Below, in pieces: positions 12,832 to 27,486 of a stretch of 64,000 bases of DNA; within the stretch, counting starts at the first letter, position 1; the number at the start of each line of letters is the position of its first letter. The stretch spans positions 6,823,252 through 6,887,251 of the forward strand of contig OZ199840.1 in assembly GCA_964304625.1 (NCBI GenBank). Direction: 5' to 3'. The translations under genes and the position numbers were made by a program. This DNA comes from Kudoa neothunni (taxonomy: Eukaryota > Animalia > Cnidaria). Under the pieces are notes generated by a model. That model was not told where the DNA came from. It was given only the letters and a program-made list of their open reading frames with translations, and made no database searches.

Positions 12832-15027
12832 TTTTTTTAATTTAACATGTACTAAGATTAAGACGCGGAAACCAATGAGTTATCTGATAAATCTCCGTTA
12901 TTCATTATAAATATATTTTTGGAATAGTATATATAAATAACTTTGTTAAAACACAAAAAGTAAAAGAATTTAAAATTTTTCTTAATCAAATGGAGATAAC
13001 ACGTGGGCCCGGTTTCGCCCGATTTAAGATTTCAACATTACTTTTTTGGATCTGAATTTTAGTTATTTAATGTTATTTCTTTATAACAAAAACAATCGTG
13101 AAAAATTATAGCTTAAAAACTTTCAAATACGATGAATATTTAGATCAATCTACTAGCAGATTCCCGTAATCCCGATAGGAAATTAACCGAGATGTCTAGC
13201 TTTAGAAAAACATCTACTTTCGAAAATATTGATTCAATCACTCTATTTGACTAGGCTTATTTTAAAAATAATGTAGTGTACACTCTCAAAACCCTTACAA
13301 ATCTTGGTCTCTTAAGAAGCCATCGAAAATGTGTGTGGCGCGTCAATAGGCATTACAGCAAGAAAAGACACATGAGGATGGTTTCATTATCGCATGATTG
13401 TACAAAACCATATTTCAAATATTCCAGGGAATATTGTCTGTTCTTTCTCTTTCTAACTGTGGGATTCATTATGAATATTATGATACCTGCCGAAAAATAG
13501 AGAAAGCGTGCCAAACAATATCTCAGATATTACGCGAGGTTTCACGCGTATATATTCGCGCAATTGCTACAGTTACGTCGCAGGTATACTGACGCCTATT
13601 TATGTAGCTGTCTTTAAATCCCTTCCTCATTAATAATGTGGAAGATATCGTCATTTCAGAGTTTCAATTCGTGATATTTTAAACGAGAGAAACCTATGAT
13701 TTGACTTCAGTTAAGGAAATGGCTATTTTCGTCTACGAAGATATTCGGGAGTTGTAGTTTGGACTATAATTAATTATACTTAACTCTTGTAGGCAAAAAA
13801 TCAACCAAAAATAAAGGATGGCAGTATTTTCAAAGAAACAAAATTTATATGTCGGCTACCAATAGGAATTGTTAGGATTCAAAATAACGAACATTATTGC
13901 TAAGTTCAAATTTATAATTAAGATTTTCCGCGATAAAAACATTTTCTCTATATTGTTGAAAGCTGGTTAGCTGACCTTAAAATGATTAATAACATTAAAT
14001 GTATAAACCACCTGGTCATGGGTTGGGTGTATACTTGTCTCAATTCAAAACCAAATTAATAAAATGTTTGAGGCTTCCTCAGTTATATAGTTTCATGACT
14101 CTTATTATTCAGAGATATAAAGTATCGATTACACTCAGATACCATTATGATTAGGCGTCTCTAGGGTGTTCATTAGTTACTGGAAATGTATTGAATGTGT
14201 GACAAGTATGCTAAATCGTAATATTAAGCTTGGTACCAACCGGCAACTTTAATAGCTATTCCTTAACTGTTTTACTCTTAACAAAAGCGAAATGCATCAC
14301 AATGAATCTGTTTCATCGTAAATCGTACTTAATAGGTCTCTGGAGTTAGGTCGCTTGTATGTGATTATAGTTACACACTTTTGCAAGAAATATAAATACA
14401 ACGGAATATTTTAAGAATGAACTACATCGTATATAGAATGATTAATATTTGCTCATAACTGTCTCTAAAACTTAATAAGAATATCTTAATCTTTATTTTA
14501 AGATAATGTTCCGTAGCTTGAGGTCGCATGAAGAGCTTTTAAGGTGCCCACAGGCGGTGGAACAACAATTGCAGATTATTATAATTATTCTCGGAGCTTT
14601 TATAATGTTAATTCAAATCAATTTTAAAAATAAGACCTATCATTCTTAGTCAATTAAAAACTTAATACTAACTATCGTTATTGTTGTACATATTGTTGAT
14701 AACAATTAATATTAACGATCATTTAATTGTAAGAAAAATAGTGTTCGTTAGTTTTTTACGATTTATCAAGTGTATCTATATTAATTAAAAAAATAAAATT
14801 ACTTAACTACGACAATTGGAGATTGATTTTAACTTAGAAAATATAAACAAAACATAAACATCAGGGCTAGTCGTTAATTAATTGTATTTAAAAATGTAGT
14901 AAAGTGTAGAAAAGTGGGAAGAATTACCTTAAACCCGGAAAATATAATGCATTCTCTATAACACGCATCGACCCCCATTCGACTCCTAACGTAATTATCG
15001 ACCAGTTTGGAGACTCCTGTGTTAGAC

Positions 15028-15852
15028 CAGTGATTTTCAACCTTTTTGGAACCGCGGAACCCCAAAAAGATTAAAATTTTTGCGCGGATCCCAACATATA
15101 AAATTAAACCCAAATGAAGAAAATATAGGTTTTAAAATTTTCATTCGCGCTTAGTAATAAAAATAAAAGAGATAATACATATAAAATTAAACCTTAATAA
15201 ATAAGTATGTTTTAAAGTTTGCACGCACGTTCACCAAAAAATTAACGGAGGTATTTCCAAAGTTTATTTATATTCAAAATAAATAAAAACTAATATAAAA
15301 TTGGTGGTTGGTGACTTCGTATTACAGCTACAATATTTGGATTTTTTTTCTCCGCGTTAAAGCGTTGAATCAGAAGCGATAACTTTTTAAATATTGTTCA
15401 AAATTGAAAGCAAGCATGGGCCATTCACTTTCTGTTGTTTCAATTGCGACAGAACAACACAATCTCTGATATCGCAAAATGCTTGCTATACAGAAAATTT
15501 TTAAAGAAAAAAAGACGGAACGATAGCAAAATTTGATGAATTTCGGACTCTTGCATTCAAAAAAGGATTTAGATTATTGAAGCACCACTACCAGCATTCA
15601 GTGGGGTTTTAACAAATTAAAAGTTTTGAAATCTTTATTATTAAAATTATTCTAAATTTAGGTAATTGTTATGAGAATAATGATTAATTAAAGTGGAAAA
15701 ATTGTTCATATTCAATATCGCCATACATATAGGTAACATTTATTTAAATTTAAGTGCCAATAAAAAATTTTCATGTGTATTCCTGCCGCGGATCCCCTAG
15801 ACGAGCTTCACGGAGCCCCTCAGATCCGTAGAACCCCGGCTGAAAATCACTG
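15028..15852. mobile_element. hAT MITE
   Basis: TIRs cagtgattttcaacc and ggctgaaaatcactg, gcggaacccc subterminal motifs, 8-bp TSD tgttagac/tgttcgac. Confidence 0.88.
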
Positions 15853-16545
15853 TGTTCGACAGTAGATCGTCATGGCACTATAAAAGATATTATTATTATT
15901 ATTAAGCGGTTAATTGATAATGGAGATATTAAATATTTTAAAATTATTTTTCAATAACTTAAAAACGACTAGAATTATAAATTACAATTGAACAAATCTC
16001 CTAATAACTTAATAAAGAAAATAAAAAAAAATTTTTAACCTGCTGCTGTAAAACTCATTGAGGAGAAACACGCACTTTTAAATAGAGTTCATTTATCCAA
16101 TGATAAAAATAGGATTAGATCTTTTAATAATGTAATTTTGAATTATATAATATTGAAATTTAACCATGTATATTAATGAAATTGGTTATAATTAAATATT
16201 TATTTAATTAACTCCTGAATTCAACACTAAAATTCTGGCTGAAAGGTAACTAAAAATTATTGACCGAATCGAAAGTTAAAGCTGTAAATTTATTTGAATT
16301 AATGGAAAATACTTTATTAATTCATATAAATAAAAATTCTAGAAAGGAATAGTTAATATTTATTAGAATATGAGTCTTGTTGTGTATTTATTTTAAGAAT
16401 GTCAATCTAAAAAAGATTGATTATTGTTGTTGTAAAATTAGCGTGAATGTTTCTCTATCATTCATAATAATTTTCAAACATTTGTTATACCTATTAACAC
16501 TTTCTTATAACATAAAACAAACTGAATAATTTAAAGAAATTGTTA

Positions 16546-19500
16546 TTAGGATGGATGGTCCAATTTTCTTTCATTCTTCTTTCGCTTGAACTCGTTGATT
16601 TGATCCTTTACATGTCTGATTAGATTTGAGGTGCTACTTCGTTGTTGATTAAAAGCCAAAAAATCATTGCTACTGCCAAATAAAGGTTGTTTGTCAAGGG
16701 AATGTAGAAGGTCTTCCTCATTGGGAATTAGTGGAAGTGAAGACCCTGCCTTAAGAATCTCATTTTGAGGTGGATCTTCGAACAACAACCAACTGGTGGG
16801 TTGTTCTTGTGAATTATCTCCTGATTCTACGTTCCGCTCTATATATGACAATTATTATATTATTATAGGATCTGAAGATTATACCATCTAGAATGGTTAT
16901 CTGTTGTCGTAGTAGATGTTTTTCTAGTAAACAAATCTACAAAGGTCATTAAGATATTAAAAAGTATACGTTGTTCATATAGTAGTTTTCCTTCGTTAAA
17001 AGCTTCTGTGAAAAATTCATCGTCAATAAAAAACATGGACATTTTGAAAAATTTTATCATTCGCCTTCCAAAGCCAAACAAACTAGTTCCAAACATGATA
17101 CAGGTAACCATCGGAAAATAGACATATATGTATTTAGTGAATCGACGCAAAAGATTTTCGTCGCCCAAAATCTATTAACTAGATATTTAATACAATCACT
17201 CACCAAAAATACTAACACTTGTATAAGAGGTCTTGGGGTGGTCATGATTGGATCCATTGTTTCCTTTGAAATCAAAAAAATTCATGTGAGACATGGCAAG
17301 AAAATTAAGTAGAATTGCTCCAGCTAGCTTGGATAAAAAACTACGATAATAATAATTCATATACACTATTCGTCTAATATACTTTGCACTGAACAACAAT
17401 GATTGAGCATTTGTGTGATATATTTCAAAATAGCAATAGTTTGTAAACTTGAGCATAAACACAGCCACGAATGAACAACATGTCACATATAGTAACGTGA
17501 AACTTATAATGGTCTAAATTAATTCAGTTAAACCATATCAAACTATTACTCTTATAAAATTTTATAAAACAAAATATTTCGTGTTGTGTTTGTATTCCAA
17601 CGCATACTTATGTGTTGAAAAGGGACAAACAGATTGAATTGAAAAACATAATTAAATTTTAATGATACATATATATATATATATATATATAGATAATTTG
17701 ATTGTTATAACGAGATAAGAGCAGTAAAAAGTATTCCTAATAGTACCTCTAATAATGGTAAATAATTTCCCAACTTATTATTTGTGATTATGAGGGCAAA
17801 TACACTGAGTGTGGGATTTGTGGTGAAAAAGGTCACTTCACTCCACAACACAACTAGAGATATGACAAAGAGAAATATGGCGACAAATTTTAAACAAATC
17901 GGTCTCATTCGACAATACCAATACCATTCTATTTAAAAAAATTAAAAATTATTGTTGCGCTAATTTACCTATCATTGGTAACCAATTTTTTGTGCAATTA
18001 CTGTACGATTTAGGTGGAAAGCTAATAAACCTAGAAAAAAATTAACATTTCTTCAAGCTAATTTGAAAGCACTTTTGCTTCTTCCCATTCAAAATAATAT
18101 TTTCTTCAAAAAGAAGCTGTTTTACTGTGTTGTTGAAATTGCTAAATAACAAATTCATCAATATCCTCTCCTATAATACATTACTATTCGCATCGTGTCA
18201 ACTCCACTTTAACTCCTATAACTCGTTTATGCAATTGGCAGAGACTGGATTCTTTATTCCAATCTTTATCGGTGTAAATTTGTGCATCCATGTAATTATC
18301 AATATCTTGAAGACGGTCGGTGATTTTTTTGAAAAATTTTTTGATTCCTTGATTTTTACACGTAGCAATAGAGTTTTTGGTATGCGGTGTATCAGCAACC
18401 GAAGTAGTAGGGTAATCGTTGGTGGTTAGTATGTCCCCAGCTATGTCAGTAGTAGAATCATTGGTGATATCGCTGTAATAATCAACCGGAAACTAAATTT
18501 ATTGTTGAGAATAATCCTAGAAATGACAAGTTTCATTGCTTAAATTGTTTGGGGCCGTAATTAAATCGACAACAGAAATTAAATAGGTGGTTATTAAAAA
18601 ACCTATTAAATACAATTAAATTTGTAAATAATTGCAAGAAATTAATAATATATAGTTATTTCATTTTTTCGTTGATAATTAGTATTCTCATCAAAGCATA
18701 AATTATACAAATACCTTTGTTGCAATGGTGCAAAGGTATTTTCGTAAATGGTTGTTGCTCGATAAAATAGATCGATTAGCTTCTTTGTAGTTCTAAACAA
18801 AAAGACCTTTTATCAACTAAATTGCTGAAATAGGGTGATAATACATTATACAGAACATCTAATTTCTCTTTTGCCACCGTCTTTTTTTCAAGAGAGTCCA
18901 TAAGTTTGAATATTAATCGCTCAAATTCTTTATGAGCATCCGACCGTTGCCATTGTCTCTTTGGAATATACACAAGTCCATAGCCAAGAAGTAGAGTGAA
19001 AATGAGCATTCCAAATGTATTCGATAACGAAATTATGATGGTCTTTAATGATAACCTTGTTAAAAAGAACAAAGAATTCATAACAACCTCCGACTAACCA
19101 AAACCCTACCAGGTAATAGAATGTACACCGTCTCTCACCGCGATATATATCACAAATACTATAAAACAACAAATATATAGCAGAAACCAGCACAGCTGGA
19201 AAATAAAAGCTTCCAAAAGCCGACCCCTGTACGTGAACTTTCCCGAATTTAAATAATGTCTAGTAAAAGGTACAATAATCCTAGAGTAGAGTATAGTTCT
19301 GGCGCCGATAAAAATTTAGGTACCATGTGAAAATTTGTAACAACCAATACACCACCATCCATAAGTATGAAAGCAACTCGCTGTTGATGTAAGTAAAAAA
19401 GTAAGGTCTAGACGAGTCGGTTAAGTTGGTGGTATTGGTTTTTGCGGCAGATATAGCCTACATTTTGCATTAGAGCAATAGCTTGATATAGGATTACCGA

Positions 19501-19683
19501 TGTTATATCAAGAGAAAGTAAAAAGATTGAAAATATAGTCAGCCACCAGCAAACAAATACGCAACATAAAGGGAAAAAATGTATTTTACTGTATCTCGCA
19601 TATTTACGAAGCCAATAGACAACAATAACACCACTAACTACTGCTATCAGTGACAGTGGTATAGCTTCCTTAGTGGCTGACAT
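16546..19683 (-). CDS. LMBRD2: LMBR1 domain-containing membrane protein 2 (multi-exon; internal junctions not all resolved)
   Basis: Ordered exons match recalled LMBRD2 motifs: FLLSLDITS, LWMVVYWLLQIFTW-IIVPF..YLNSGKFT, SNTFGMLIFTLLLGYGLVYIPKRQW, VVLWSEVTFF..PTLSVFA, HTNAQSLLFS, LNFLAM, YIYVYFPM. Introns are short GT-AG. Confidence 0.88.
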
Positions 19684-20398
19684 AAAGTTCAAATTAATGG
19701 CTAAAAATTGCGTAGTCTTTGTATCCTCTTAGCCACCAATCAATCAATCAACGATAGGATTAGCTCGACAATCTTATACTGCCGTTTGATTTCACTTGCA
19801 TGTTTAATATTACGAATTTTAATATTAGAATCGTGATGAACGTATAAGTGATGATGTTTAAAAATAATGTTATATTTTTTATTCTGGCTTATTCAATCAA
19901 CATTTAATTTATTAAATATCTTTATTTTATACAACGTTTCTCAGGAGCTCGTATTCCCTCGATAGAATTGAAATTTCCTGAAGGGGATGTTTTAAAAGTG
20001 TTTGTCATAAATGTTAGATTATCAGCGTGACTATTAAACACATAGATCCTATGTGATTTAACCCTCGAAAGCTCAGTGGGCCCCTTTTTGGTCCAAGTAT
20101 AAATTGATCAAATAGAGTCACCTAATTATCGTAAAGTATTTTTTTATAGATTATTTAACTTTAAAGGATAAACAATATTTTTCATTCTAATTTCAGGAAT
20201 TTGTAAACTATAAATATTCTTGGAGAGTGATTTTTGTAATATTTAGTTACTCATCGAATCTTTTAATTCTTTATCATAAATTAAAATTGATTTGAAAGAA
20301 ACAAAGGTTAAAATGCAGAATAATGGCCGAATTTTCAGATTGTAGATTAAAATTAGTTCGAATATTAATCCTGTCTTTTGGATGGTGTCTATTAGCAC

Positions 20399-23300
20399 CC
20401 GCGTTGTCAGAATTGGTACGTTCGTACCAAAATGGTACTTTTTCATCGTCAAGACAAGATTTTTAATCCAGTCGATGATACTCTGTTTCCGGTTAGGTAA
20501 TAGTAATGAATATAAAGTAACATTAATGGCTTATTTAAAAATTTATACCTTTTACATTTATTTATTGTTATTCCAGTGTATAGATATAAATTATACGAAG
20601 ATATGCAAAATATGTCTTGCTGTTGAATCCGATGTTATTTTAAATATCCAACCTATCCCTTTAATGTTTTGTCTCATAAAGAAAACAAAACACAATTAAA
20701 TTTCAATATATTACCATTTGACAAAATTTTATAAAACTAAGCTTGTTCTTTCTTCACTTGTATGTAAAATGAGTTTCTGACCACTAAAATATTATCTATT
20801 TATTGCTATAAATGAAACGTCATTCGATTTCATGGTCAAATCAGTTCCACGTAATCCCAATGTATATTTAACCCTATACATGGGAAATTAGCTCATTTAC
20901 TTCACAAAATTAATTTTTCCGTCTACATGTTTTATACTTTAGGGTTTTAAATGTTTTTTTAACGAAAAAAAGTCTGGCTAAAAAGAGTTATCAAATTTAA
21001 TTATCGCTAAAAAAATTCCTTAAAATGTTAAGTTTATACATTTCTAATCAGAGGAATTGTTAATAAATTATATTTTTTAAAATTATAGCTATCACTGACA
21101 CCCGAAAATATTTAAATGATATGAAAACGAAGTGAAAGAGGAAAACAATATCCGGAATGTGATAAGGATAAAATTTTATACACAAACACTTATTTTAACG
21201 TACAAATTCATTCTTAATAACGCGCGTTTTAGTAATTTACTACAAAGTTTTTGTATTCAACAAGTCGAATTAATTTCTGTAACTTTTATTGTGTTATACA
21301 TACTGTAATATTTTGTGGGTTAGTAATTCTTGATGGCCTTTAATCAAAACGGTAGCGACTGCGAAAGCGATATAAGTAACACACTAAAAAAGAAAATATA
21401 TAAAGGTTACGAACGCAAGGTAAGAAGAGAATGGTTGGAAAATCGAAGATTTATCCAGTGGATTGATATGAGTAAGGATATCAAGGAGAAAGTGTTCTGT
21501 AAAATGTGTAAAAGTGAAGTTTCGGGGAGTATTTCACAAATCGAAAGACATGCAACAACTGAAAAGCATTTAAGAAATATGAGACAATCCACAAATAATA
21601 TGAAAATAGATGGTTATATAGAATTAAACAGTTCTGCTGTATATGATCGAAAAATAGCTAAAGCAGAATTGAAAGAATGTGTCTTTGTTACGGAACACAA
21701 TTTGCCGTTGTCATTCTTGGATCATTCGCCTGGTTTAGTTGCCAATGTTTGTGAAAATTCTGCTATTTGCAAAGATATTAAATGTGCTCGATCGAAAGGC
21801 AAATGTGTTTTTTGTCATGTTATTAGGAAATATTACTTAAAAAACTTAATTTTAAAATTACAGACAACCCAATTTTCATTAATAATAGACAAAACCACAG
21901 ATATGATATATCCACAACTAAACAACTAGTTTTAGTAGCTCGATATTATGATGACGATGTTAAAAAGACAATGAACAAATATTTGGTCATGTTGGAGATA
22001 ATGAATTGTACTGGCAAAAGAATTTTCGAATCATTAATAAATTTTTTTAAAACTAATATCTCCATTCACAATCTTATCGGATTCGCCAGTGACAATGCAA
22101 ATGTTATGATAGGTAACAAAAGTGGTGTCCAGCGTTTGCTGAAACAAATAATTCCTTCGCTTTACGTGCAAGGTTGCGTGTGCCACTCAGTAAATTTGTG
22201 CTTCAAGAGCTTGTGTCATCAACTTCCAAACAAGTTGGAAAGTTTAGCTATAAGTTTTTACACATATATTTCGAATAGCCCAAAACATTTGAGTGAATAC
22301 AAGGAATTTCAAAAGACAATGGATATTTGTCCTATAAAGGTATTACGCCCTTGTAGCATATGATGGTTGTCACTCGAACAATGGAATGCACTTAAAATGT
22401 TTTTCACTTCTGCAGTATCAGAAAATGATTTTGAATCAGCAAAATTAATAAATCATAAACTCAATAAACCAATCAATCATGTATTTTGAATTCTTAAACT
22501 TTATACTCCCCATAATGAATCAACTTAACCCTGAATTCCAATCAGAAACCTTTCGAATGCACAAGCAAAAAAATTCAATTAGTGTTACAGTAAAAGTTAT
22601 TCTCAGCTTATTTATGAAAAGAGAAATCATTAAAAATCTGGATATTTGGAATATTAATAACTCTTCAAATTATCTTCCATTAGATAATGTTTGTCGCGGA
22701 TCAAAAGTGACTTGCATCTATACAATGAATTCTTTCATAATAAATTCACAAGAATATCTCCAATATAAAATAAATACATTTAATTTCTATATTTCCTTAA
22801 TAAATAAAATATTTGATCCATTTTTATACAATAATTCATTTAAAGGACTTGAATTGTTTGAAGAAATGGATCCAAGTAACGTAAATGAAGGTAAGCCCAA
22901 GTCTATCATACCCCTTGCAGTAAGATTCCCCAATCTTATATTGGATGAATACTACACCAATGTGGATATTGAATGGAGACAATTAAATTTCGAAGACTCA
23001 ACTCTCTTTTCGATATGTGACCACGAAAAATTTTGGTACGATGTATCAGAAAAAAGAATTGGCAATGTTCCTAAATATCCATTAATTTCAAAACTAATGA
23101 TGAGCTTGCTTTCATTACCTCATTCTTCTGCTTGTGCCGAAAGAGTATTTTCCCAATTGAACATAATCAAAATGAAAAATGGACCATTATTGAATACCTA
23201 AACATTAAACAGCTTGATTTATTCGAAAAGTTAATTTTATAATACAGATTGTACAAAATAGAACCCGCCTAAAAAGTCAGTAGCAGCGTTCATAGAGGCA

Positions 23301-23464
23301 AAACTTTATGAAGATAACTGTAATGAAACAATTTCGTTTTAGATAGATTAAAAAACATTTTATATAACTACGTTTTTTCTCCTTAATCTCTTTTTTGTTC
23401 AGATTGACTGTTGGTACGTTTTACTTGATTTTGGTACTTTTTCGCTAATCCTCTGACAACCCTG
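20399..23464 (+). mobile_element. hAT (Tip/Ac-like) transposon with transposase pseudogene at 21330-23200
   Basis: TIRs ccgcgttgtcaga and tctgacaaccctg; TSD attagcac/atttgcat. BED-like FCKMC...HATTEKH, FSLIIDKTTD, GFASDNANVM, CVCHS and PHSSACAERVFSQ, broken by stops and frameshifts. Confidence 0.92.
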
Positions 23465-24841
23465 ATTTGCATTCCTTCGGTGTATGCGCGGAGGATTAAA
23501 GCATTACTCCTATACGTGCTTTTCTCTTAGATTAGTTGTTGAAAACCACTAATTGCCCAAAACAGTAAATAATATATTTCGAAAAATGAATAAAATGATA
23601 AAAATATTTTTTTTACTTTTTAATAATCAACAATTTTTTAATTGTTTTAGTCTTCCTTTTAATTTAATGGAACGAACATTGAAATTATACTAGTTTGAAT
23701 TTTTTTTATTTGGTCGATTTATGTAAAATGTAGTTTTATTCTCGTACTGATATTTTAAATTTTTTAGGCCCTTGCAAAATTCGTTGTGTTGACTACCACC
23801 AAATGTACTTAATTGATCCAATATTTCAGAACATAATTGTTTGTTGTTTTTAAACATTGATTTTAAGTGTGTATTGGTTGGTAAAACATTCAAGCCGATA
23901 TTTTGTGAATCAATGCCGGGGGAGTTTATAGTTGTTGAAATAGCGTCGTTTGTTATATTGCATATATGATTATAGCCGAGAAATATATCATAGTTTTTTT
24001 AAGATTACCTTCCAATGCATATAGAATCAAAAGTCAAAATTGAAGATTTTATCGTTGCGATGAAATATTTGAATGGGAGAGCGTATTGTTAAACAAATGT
24101 ACGATCACGCTTGTATATATAATCTTGAAATGTAACCAGTGCTGAACCAGATACAATGTGAACTAAGAAAATGTTTTTTAAATTCCAAATTGATAATAAT
24201 TTCAAATTTTGAGTCTCTAAGTTGATGGTATCGGCAACAAAAATGGACAAATGATTTATTATTGCCAAAATATCAATATCAACTTTGTTCTTCATGAGAA
24301 TCAGATCATCTTTTTATAAATCATCACGATGGATGGACTTACAGTAATTGAGTATTGAATTAACGATGATTTTGACATAAATTTTTTGATCTTGTCATGC
24401 TCTTGTTCAATCCTGTTATTTTTATTTGAACCAAATGTCGGAGCATCGAGACGATGAAAATGAACCCAAATATTTTGAATATTAATCCAGTTTTTTTCCA
24501 AATATTAAAAATACATTGGATTGGTCGAATATATTTCTTTCAAGATGAAGTAAAATGAGTCAGCATTTTCATTATATATTCACATGCGTTTTTCTTGTAA
24601 TTATTATTTAACCACTTTTTTATTTCTAATACGTGAAAGTTGGCGTAAAATTTTGTTACGGAGTAAATATGACTGTAATTTTTACGATATATAATTGACG
24701 TACGGTTTTAAAAGTCAATTAAAAAAATATTACCTGGCATTTTCAGCCGTTATTATTTATTTGAAATGACTAATATAAGAGTAAAAGCACGTATAGGAGT
24801 AATGCTTTAATCCTCCGCGCATACACCGAAGGAATGCAAAT

Positions 24842-25430
24842 CGGGGCCGCCAGGGCGTGGGGTTTTCCCCAAGATCTTGGGATTTTTATGGTCACCTTGG
24901 GTTCTTGGAGTTTTTTTCATTTTGTAAAAAATGAAAAAACTTCATTGAATAATAACACAAATTTTATTATGTGCGACATTAATATTTATATTTTTAATAA
25001 CGTATCCTATTCAGATTATATCGTGCAGGGTTTTAACATTTACGATATTGAACAACAATACAATAGATTGTTTAGCATGTCGCCATTACACAATTCTTCA
25101 GTTAACATTGTCGCATATTAGAAAATTTAACGTTATTTCAAAATATATCTTGAACTATGAATTAATTAATCCATTCATTCATTCATTCAACGTGAGCATA
25201 TTGATCTATATCAGACATTATGTTTAAGCGAGTGTTCGCGTCAATAAATTCCAATAATACGACGATAAATTTAAATTTAATATCTGTAGATGTAATTACA
25301 GACTCGGAAGATGACTAAAAACTGTAATGGATACGATTCTATTTTGTTGTATTTTAGACTTGCATTTTTCTCGACTTTTGATTTTTTATTTAAACTTGGG
25401 TTTTTTCTAAAACCCCCGCTGGCAAACCTG
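24842..25430. mobile_element. hAT MITE (same family as 57053-57628)
   Basis: TIRs cggggccgcca and tggcaaacctg, subterminal cccaag repeats, and full-length inverted similarity to 57053-57628. Confidence 0.88.
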
Positions 25431-25438
25431 GCGAAAAT

Positions 25439-27486
25439 TAGGGGTGGAAAATTCGTGAGTTTCGTTCGTGTTTGTTCACACGAACTAAATTTCAATTTAA
25501 AATTTTTCCGGCCTTAAGGATCTTCACTCTGAGGGAGTCTAAATATATGGATCGCTTAACCCTTGAAGGACCGGGCTCAAAAAACTTGCGCGTGTAACCA
25601 TGGGGGTACCCCAGAAGTTTTCTGCAAAAGCGATGGTATTTTCTCTTAATTCTTTAAATTTACAAATAAAATATTTAGGACTATTAAAAACGGTATCTGA
25701 ATAATCAAATTAATAAGTGAATCAATAGGAAATTTAATGAACATTTCAATAAGTGTTATAAATATAATCTCTTACAATCTATTTTATTGTTAAGTTATAA
25801 GATAGATACAAATACTTCAAATTCTTTTCGAATGGTAGAAGATAAAATAAATGCTTCCCGGTTATTCTTTTCGCAAATAATAACACAAACGGAGGTGAAT
25901 CTTGCGGGTTACGCACACGGTTGATCTCGGTAATCTCTATGTTGATTGGTGGATTATATTCGATCTTATTCACTGAACGGAATAAAAATGTATGTTATGG
26001 TCCAAGTTTTAATTAATGTTCCTTTTGGGGGTTTTCTCATTAAGTTATATTTCCTCAAAATTAGTTTATTCTTTTCTTCATTCAGTTACTTTTGCGCCAC
26101 ACTAATTAAATATTTAAAACTGAATCGAAATTGCATAATTTGATCCATTATGATAATGTTGCACATAGAAAGAAAATATGTAGGGGTGTTCAAGGACAAA
26201 TTGGAGCGTCATGTTTTAATAAGTGATAAACATTAATGAATGTTATCAAAACATCGAAAATATGATACCGCCTTCAATTATTTAGAATTAGCACGTTTTG
26301 GTAAGTATCAACGTGATTCCCTAAAACTATCCTTTGACATCTTCGAAATCCAATTATACAACATGAGGGAAATCAAAACTATAACGTTCTCCTTATATTT
26401 TTAATTTATTCGTGTCATTATAGTTACTTCACTGCTGTATAATAAAATAGCACTTGATATTACGCTTAAAAAATGATTTCTATGGCGAGTTAATTAACCG
26501 ACGGCCCGTTGAACACATTTTTAACCAGAATATATGCTGTTTCTTTTTAAAAAGTTAATATAAACAAAAGTTGAACAATTGTAAGACGTTACACGAACTT
26601 ATAAGTTAGAATTTAGAGTTTTGATAAGGAAAAACACAGATTTAAGAAAATTGAGGTCTCGAAAGACCCCGCATGGTCCGGGAGGGTTAAGGACGTGTTG
26701 GTTTTTAAAGACAATTAATTGGATGTTAACGAACTATATCTATATTTAATTCCAAAAATATATTGCATTTAAATTAAAGCTTATTTTTATTGGCTGAATA
26801 ACAATTTAAATTGGTCCAATAGCTATGTTAGCGGCTCTGTGTGAGAAATATGGTTTATGATATTTCCTAACTATCCCTGAAGCATTTGGGCGATTGCTAG
26901 ATCAAGGTTGGAGGATAATAACGTCGTTTTTAATTTTGATCGAAACGATTTTTTGATTAGTTTATCACGATATTGACATATTATTTTACCATTTTCGCCG
27001 TATATTCTCTAACGCGGTCTTAAGCAGACTGCATGAAAGAGTTCCACAACCAATAACTCAGGTGGTTACAGAAATTTTTTCAATTGTTAGAAAGATCGAT
27101 TGTGATGTGAAATTAAAAAGAATCAATAACTGTTTTATATTGCACATAACTATTAGTTGGATTTATTAACTTTATTGTTGGAATAGGCCGACACTTTCAG
27201 TAAGGTCAATGAGCTCATGCATTAACGATCCTTTTCGCGGATTTTTTCGCTATTAGAAAAAACCCTCTCGGATCTCGATTTGCAGATAGGTCTCGAAAAA
27301 ATAACTGTTACCAACTTTTTTAGATTTCGATATTTAGAATCTTCCAATAGTCTAAGATGGGGATGGTAAGTTCGTGCTCGCTCGCAAGTATCCAAACGTT
27401 CAAAAAGTACTAATGAACGAACGAGAACGAAATTACAGCTTTAAACTTTTTTGAACGAATGAACCCGGACGAAACTGCCATCCTTG
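25439..27486. mobile_element. hAT-like non-autonomous element containing a piggyBac remnant
   Basis: Termini taggggtggaaaattcgt and acgaaactgccatccttg with ttcgttcg/gaacgaac subterminal repeats. Flanked by gcgaaaat and ttgcaaat. Confidence 0.7.
25560..26686. mobile_element. piggyBac non-autonomous remnant
   Basis: TTAA-cccttgaaggacc ... ggtccgggaggg-TTAA, with internal ggggtacccc and gaggtctcgaaagacccc subterminal palindromes. Confidence 0.8.

Noticed and set aside
13276-13592. Overlapping short ORFs
   Set aside because: Non-ATG starts, no recognisable domain and no splice pattern.
17669-17691. (AT)n microsatellites here and at ~47933 and ~61861
   Set aside because: Ordinary simple repeats in an AT-rich genome.
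18930-19193. Apparent frameshift in LMBRD2 suggested by overlapping ORFs
   Set aside because: Splicing at the short introns gives a continuous frame (LLEAFIFQLCWFLLYICCFIVFVIYIAVRDGVHSITW|LSLKTII).
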